Source of the DNA: Nemertoderma westbladi
Taxonomy: Eukaryota > Animalia > Xenacoelomorpha
Length of the DNA stretch: 64,000 nucleotides
Assembly: GCA_032718475.1 (NCBI GenBank)
Contig: JAUCBJ010002682.1
Location: forward strand, 1 to 64,000
Reading direction: 5' to 3'
The notes below the pieces were generated by a model. It saw only the letters and a program-made list of their open reading frames with translations, ran no database searches and was not told the origin of the DNA. Positions 59,501 to 64,000 of this stretch are shown here, one piece after another; position 1 is the first letter of the stretch; every line of letters begins with the position of its first letter. The position numbers were made by a program, and so were the translations under genes.

Positions 59501-62500
59501 CCGCCGGGGGATGGACCAGCAGTAGCCATGATGGATGCTGCGTTGCCAACGAGGCCGTCGGGGATGGACCAGCAGTAGCCATGATGGATGCTGCGTTGCC
59601 AACGAGGCCGCCGGGGGATGGACCAGCAGTAGCCATGATGGATGCTGCGTTGCCAACGAGGCCTTCGGGGATTGACCAGCAGTAGCCATGATGGATGCTG
59701 CGTTGCCAACAAGGCCGCCGGGGGATGGACCAGCAGTAGCCATGATGGATGCTGCGTTGCCAACGAGGCCGTCGGGGGATGGACCAGCAGTAGCCATGAT
59801 GGATGCTGCGTTGCCAACGAGGCCGTCGGGGATGGACCAGCAGTGCCATAATGGATGCTGCATTGTCAACGAGGCCTTCGGGGATGGACCAGCAGTAGCC
59901 ATAATGGATGCTGCGTTGCCAACGAGGCCTTCGGGGATGGACCAGCAGTAGCCATGATGGATGCTGCGTTGCTAACAAGGCCGCCGGGGGATGGACCAGC
60001 AGTAGCCATGATGGATGCTGCGTTGCCAACGAGGCCGCCGGGGGATGGACCAGCAGTAGCCATGATGGATGCTGCGTTGCCAACTAGGCCGTTGGGGATG
60101 GACCAGCAGTACCCATAATGGATGCTGCGTTGTCAACGAGGCCGCCGGGGGATGGACAAGCAGTAGCCATGATGGATGCTGCGTTGCCAACGAGGAAGCC
60201 GGGGGATGGACCAGCAGTAGCCATGATGGATGCTGCGTTGCCAACTAGGCCGTCGGGGATGGACCAGCAGTAGCCATGATGGATGCTGCGTTGCCAACGA
60301 GGCCGCCGGAGGATGGACCAGCAGTAGCCATGATGGATGCTGCGTTGCCAACGAGGCCGCCGGGGGATGGACCAGCAGTAGCCATGATGGATGTTGCGTT
60401 GCCAACGAGGCCGTCGGGGATGGACCAGCAGTAGCCATGATGGATGCTGCGTTGCCAACGAGGCCTTCGGTGATGGACCAGCAGTAGCCATAATGGATGC
60501 TGCGTTGCCAACGAGGCCGCTGGAGGATGGACCAGCAGTAGCCATGATGGATGCTGCGTTGCCAACGAGGCCGTCGGGGGATGGACCAGCAGTAGCCATG
60601 ATGGATGCTGCGTTGCCAACGAGGCCGTCGGGGATGGACCAGCAGTGCCATAATGGATGCTGCGTTGTCAACGAGGCCGCCGGGGGATGGACCAGCAGTA
60701 GCCATGATGGATGCTGCGTTGCCAACGAGGCCTTCGAGGATGGACCAGCAGTAGCCATGATGGATGCTGCGTTGCCAACAAGGCCGCCGGGGGATGGACC
60801 AGCAGTAGCCATGATGGATGCTGCGTTGCCAACGAGGCCGCCGGGGGATGGACCAGCAGTAGCCATGATGGATGCTGCGTTGCCAACGAGGCCGTCGGGG
60901 ATCGACCAGCAGTAGCCATGATGGATGCTGCGTTGCCAACTAGGCCGTCGGGGATGGACCAGCAGTAGCCATGATGGATGCTGCGTTGCCAACGAGGCCG
61001 CCGGGGGATGGACCAGCAGTAGCCATGATGGATGCTGCGTTGCCAACGAGGCCTTCGGTGATCGACCAGCAGTAGCCATGATGGATGCTGCGTTGCCAAC
61101 TAGGCCGTCGGGGATGGACCAGCAGTAGCCATGATGGATGCTGCGTTGCCAACAAGGCCGCCGGGGGATGGACCAGCAGTAGCCATGATGGATGCTGCGT
61201 TGCCAACGAGGCCTTCGGTGATCGACCAGCAGTAGCCATGATGGATGCTGCGTTGCCAACGAGGCCTTCGGTGATCGACCAGCAGTAGCCATGATGGATG
61301 CTGCGTTGCCAACTAGGCCGTCGGGGGATGGACCAGCAGTAGCCATGATGGATGCTGCGTTGCCAACGAGGCCGTCGGTGATGGACCAGCAGTAGCCATG
61401 ATGGATGCTGCGTTGCCAACTAGGCCGTCGGGGATGGACCAGCAGTAGCCATGATGGATGCTGCGTTGCCAACGAGGCCGCCGGGGGATGGACCAGCAGT
61501 AGCCATGATGGATGCTGCGTTGCCAACGAGGCCGTCGGTGGATGGACCAGCAGTAGCCATGATGGATGCTGCGTTGCCAACTAGGCCGTCGGGGATGGAC
61601 CAGCAGTAGCCATGATGGATGCTGCGTTGCTAACAAGGCCGCCGGGGGATGGACCAGCAGTAGCCATGATGGATGCTGCGTTGCCAACGAGGCCTTCGGT
61701 GATCGACCAGCAGTAGCCATGATGGATGCTGCGTTGCCAACTAGGCCGCCGGGGGATGGACCAGCAGTAGCCATGATGGATGCTGCGTTGTCAACGAGGC
61801 CGTCGGGGATGGACCAGCAGTAGCCATGATGGATGCTGCGTTGCTAACAAGGCCGCCGGGGGATGGACCAGCAGTAGCCATGATGGATGCTGCGTTGCCA
61901 ACGAGGCCGCCGGGGATGGACCAGCAGTAGCCATGATGGATGCTGCGTTGCCAACGAGGCCGCCGGGGGATGGACCAGCAGTAGCCATGATGGATGCTGC
62001 GTTGCCAACGAGGCCGCTGGGGGATGGACCAGCAGTAGCCATGATGGATGCTGCGTTGCCAACGAGGCCGTCGGGGATGGACCAGCAGTAGCCATAATGG
62101 ATGCTGCGTTGTCAACGAGGCCGCTGGGGGATGGACCAGCAGTAGCCATTATGGATGCTGCGTTTCCAACTAGGCCGTCGGGGATGGACCAGCAGTAGCC
62201 ATAATGGATGCTGCGTTGTCAACGAGGCCGCCGGGGGATGGACCAGCAGTAGCCATGATGGATGCTGCGTTTCCAACTAGGCCGTCGGGGATGGACCAGC
62301 AGTAGCCATAATGGATGCTGCGTTGTCAACGAGGCCGCCGGGGGATGGACCAGCAGTAGCCATGATGGATGCTGCGTTGCCAACTAGGCCGTCGGGGATG
62401 GACCAGCAGTAGCCATAATGGATGCTGCGTTGTCAACGAGGCCGCCGGTGGATGGACCAGCAGTAGCCATGATGGATGCTGCGTTGCCAACGAGGAAGCC

Positions 62501-64000
62501 GGGGGATGGACCAGCAGTAGCCATGATGGATGCTGCGTTGCCAACGAGGCCGCTCGGGGGATGGACCAGCAGTAGCCATGATGGATGCTGCGTTGCCAAC
62601 GAGGCCGTCGGGGATGGACCAGCAGTAGCCATAATGGATGCTGCGTTGCCAACGAGGCCGCTGGGGGATGGACCAGCAGTAGCCATGATGGATGCTGCGT
62701 TGCCAACGAGGCCGCCGGGGGATGGACCAGCAGTAGCCATGATGGATGCTGCGTTGCCAACGAGGCCGTCGGGGATGGACCAGCAGTAGCCATGATGGAT
62801 GCTGCGTTGCCAACGAGGCCGCTGGGGGATGGACCAGCAGTAGCCATGATGGATGCTGCGTTGCCAACGAGGCCGTCGGGGATGGACCAGCAGTAGCCAT
62901 AATGGATGCTGCGTTGTCAACGAGGCCGCTCGGGGATGGACCAGCAGTAGCCATTATGGATGCTGCGTTGCCAACGAGGCCGCCGGGGGATGGACCAGCA
63001 GTAGCCATGATGGATGCTGCGTTGCCAACGAGGCCGTCGGGGATGGACCAGCAGTAGCCATGATGGATGCTGCGTTGCCAACGAGGCCGCTGGGGGATGG
63101 ACCAGCAGTAGCCATGATGGATGCTGCGTTGCCAACGAGGCCGTCGGGGATGGACCAGCAGTAGCCATAATGGATGCTGCATTGTCAACGAGGCCGCTGG
63201 GGGATGGACCAGCAGTAGCCATGATGGATGCTGCGTTGCCAACTAGGCCGTCGGGGATGGACCAGCAGTGCCATAATGGATGCTGTGTTGCCAACGAGGC
63301 CGCCGGGGGATGGACCAGCAGTAGCCATGATGGATGCTGCGTTGCCAACGAGGCCGCCGGGGGATGGACCAGCAGTAGCCATGATGGATGCTGCGTTGCC
63401 AACGAGGCCGCCGGGGGATGGACCAGCAGTAGCCATGATGGATGCTGCGTTGCCAACTAGGCCGTCGGGGATGGACCAGCAGTAGCCATGATGGATGCTG
63501 CGTTGCTAACTAGGCCGTCGGGGATGGACCAGCAGTAGCCATGATGGATGCTGCGTTGCCAACTAGGCCGTCGGGGGATGGACCAGCAGTAGCCATGATG
63601 GATGCTGCGTTGCCAACGAGGCCGCCGGTGGATGGACCAGCAGTAGCCATGATGGATGCTGCGTTGCCAACGAGGCCGCCGGTGGATGGACCAGCAGTAG
63701 CCATGATGGATGCTGCGTTGCCAACTAGGCCGTCGGGGATGGACCAGCAGTGCCATAATGGATGCTGTGTTGCCAACGAGGCCGCCGGGGGATGGACCAG
63801 CAGTAGCCATGATGGATGCTGCGTTGCCAACGAGGCCGCCGGGGGATGGACCAGCAGTAGCCATGATGGATGCTGCGTTGCTAACGAGGCCGCCGGGGGA
63901 TGGACCAGCAGTAGCCATGATGGATGCTGCGTTGCCAACTAGGCCGTCGGGGATGGACCAGCAGTAGCCATGATGGATGCTGCGTTGCCAACTAGGCCGT
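50536..64000. repeat. Satellite 4: >13.4 kb GC-rich array, 53/54-bp unit, runs off window end
   Basis: GCGTTGCCAACGAGGCCG(C/T)CGGGG(G)ATGGACCAGCAGTAGCCATGATGGATGCT; higher-order offsets 1983 and 2837 bp. Confidence 0.98.

Overview
Eukaryotic (animal, probably invertebrate) genomic DNA, not prokaryotic. The window lies inside a minus-strand Slo2/KCNT (Na+-activated K+ channel) gene. Six conserved coding exons plus one candidate micro-exon were reconstructed at 41.1-48.8 kb, and the rest appears to be very large repeat-filled introns. Four long satellite arrays (33/40, 36/40, 51 and 53/54 bp units) cover over half the window and generate nearly all ORFs in the supplied track as artefacts. The main object is a young ~16.8 kb BEL/Pao-type LTR element (18839-37570, minus strand, ~1.9 kb near-identical LTRs). 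Its uninterrupted 2250-aa ORF has Gag, protease and integrase but no recognisable reverse transcriptase or RNase H. A second 1241-aa ORF in the env position encodes a DEDDy-like 3'-5' exonuclease plus three CCHC knuckles. Each LTR carries a tRNA-like Pol III cassette, and a ~20-nt hairpin motif recurs 10 times along the element independent of reading frame. Also present: a satellite made of ~95 tandem copies of a real exon/5' splice-site junction, two minimal hammerhead-ribozyme-like Penelope-type remnants, a Harbinger-like MITE nested in an insertion within the 5' LTR, and a truncated RTE-like LINE. All domain calls are by-eye motif recognition; no database search was run.
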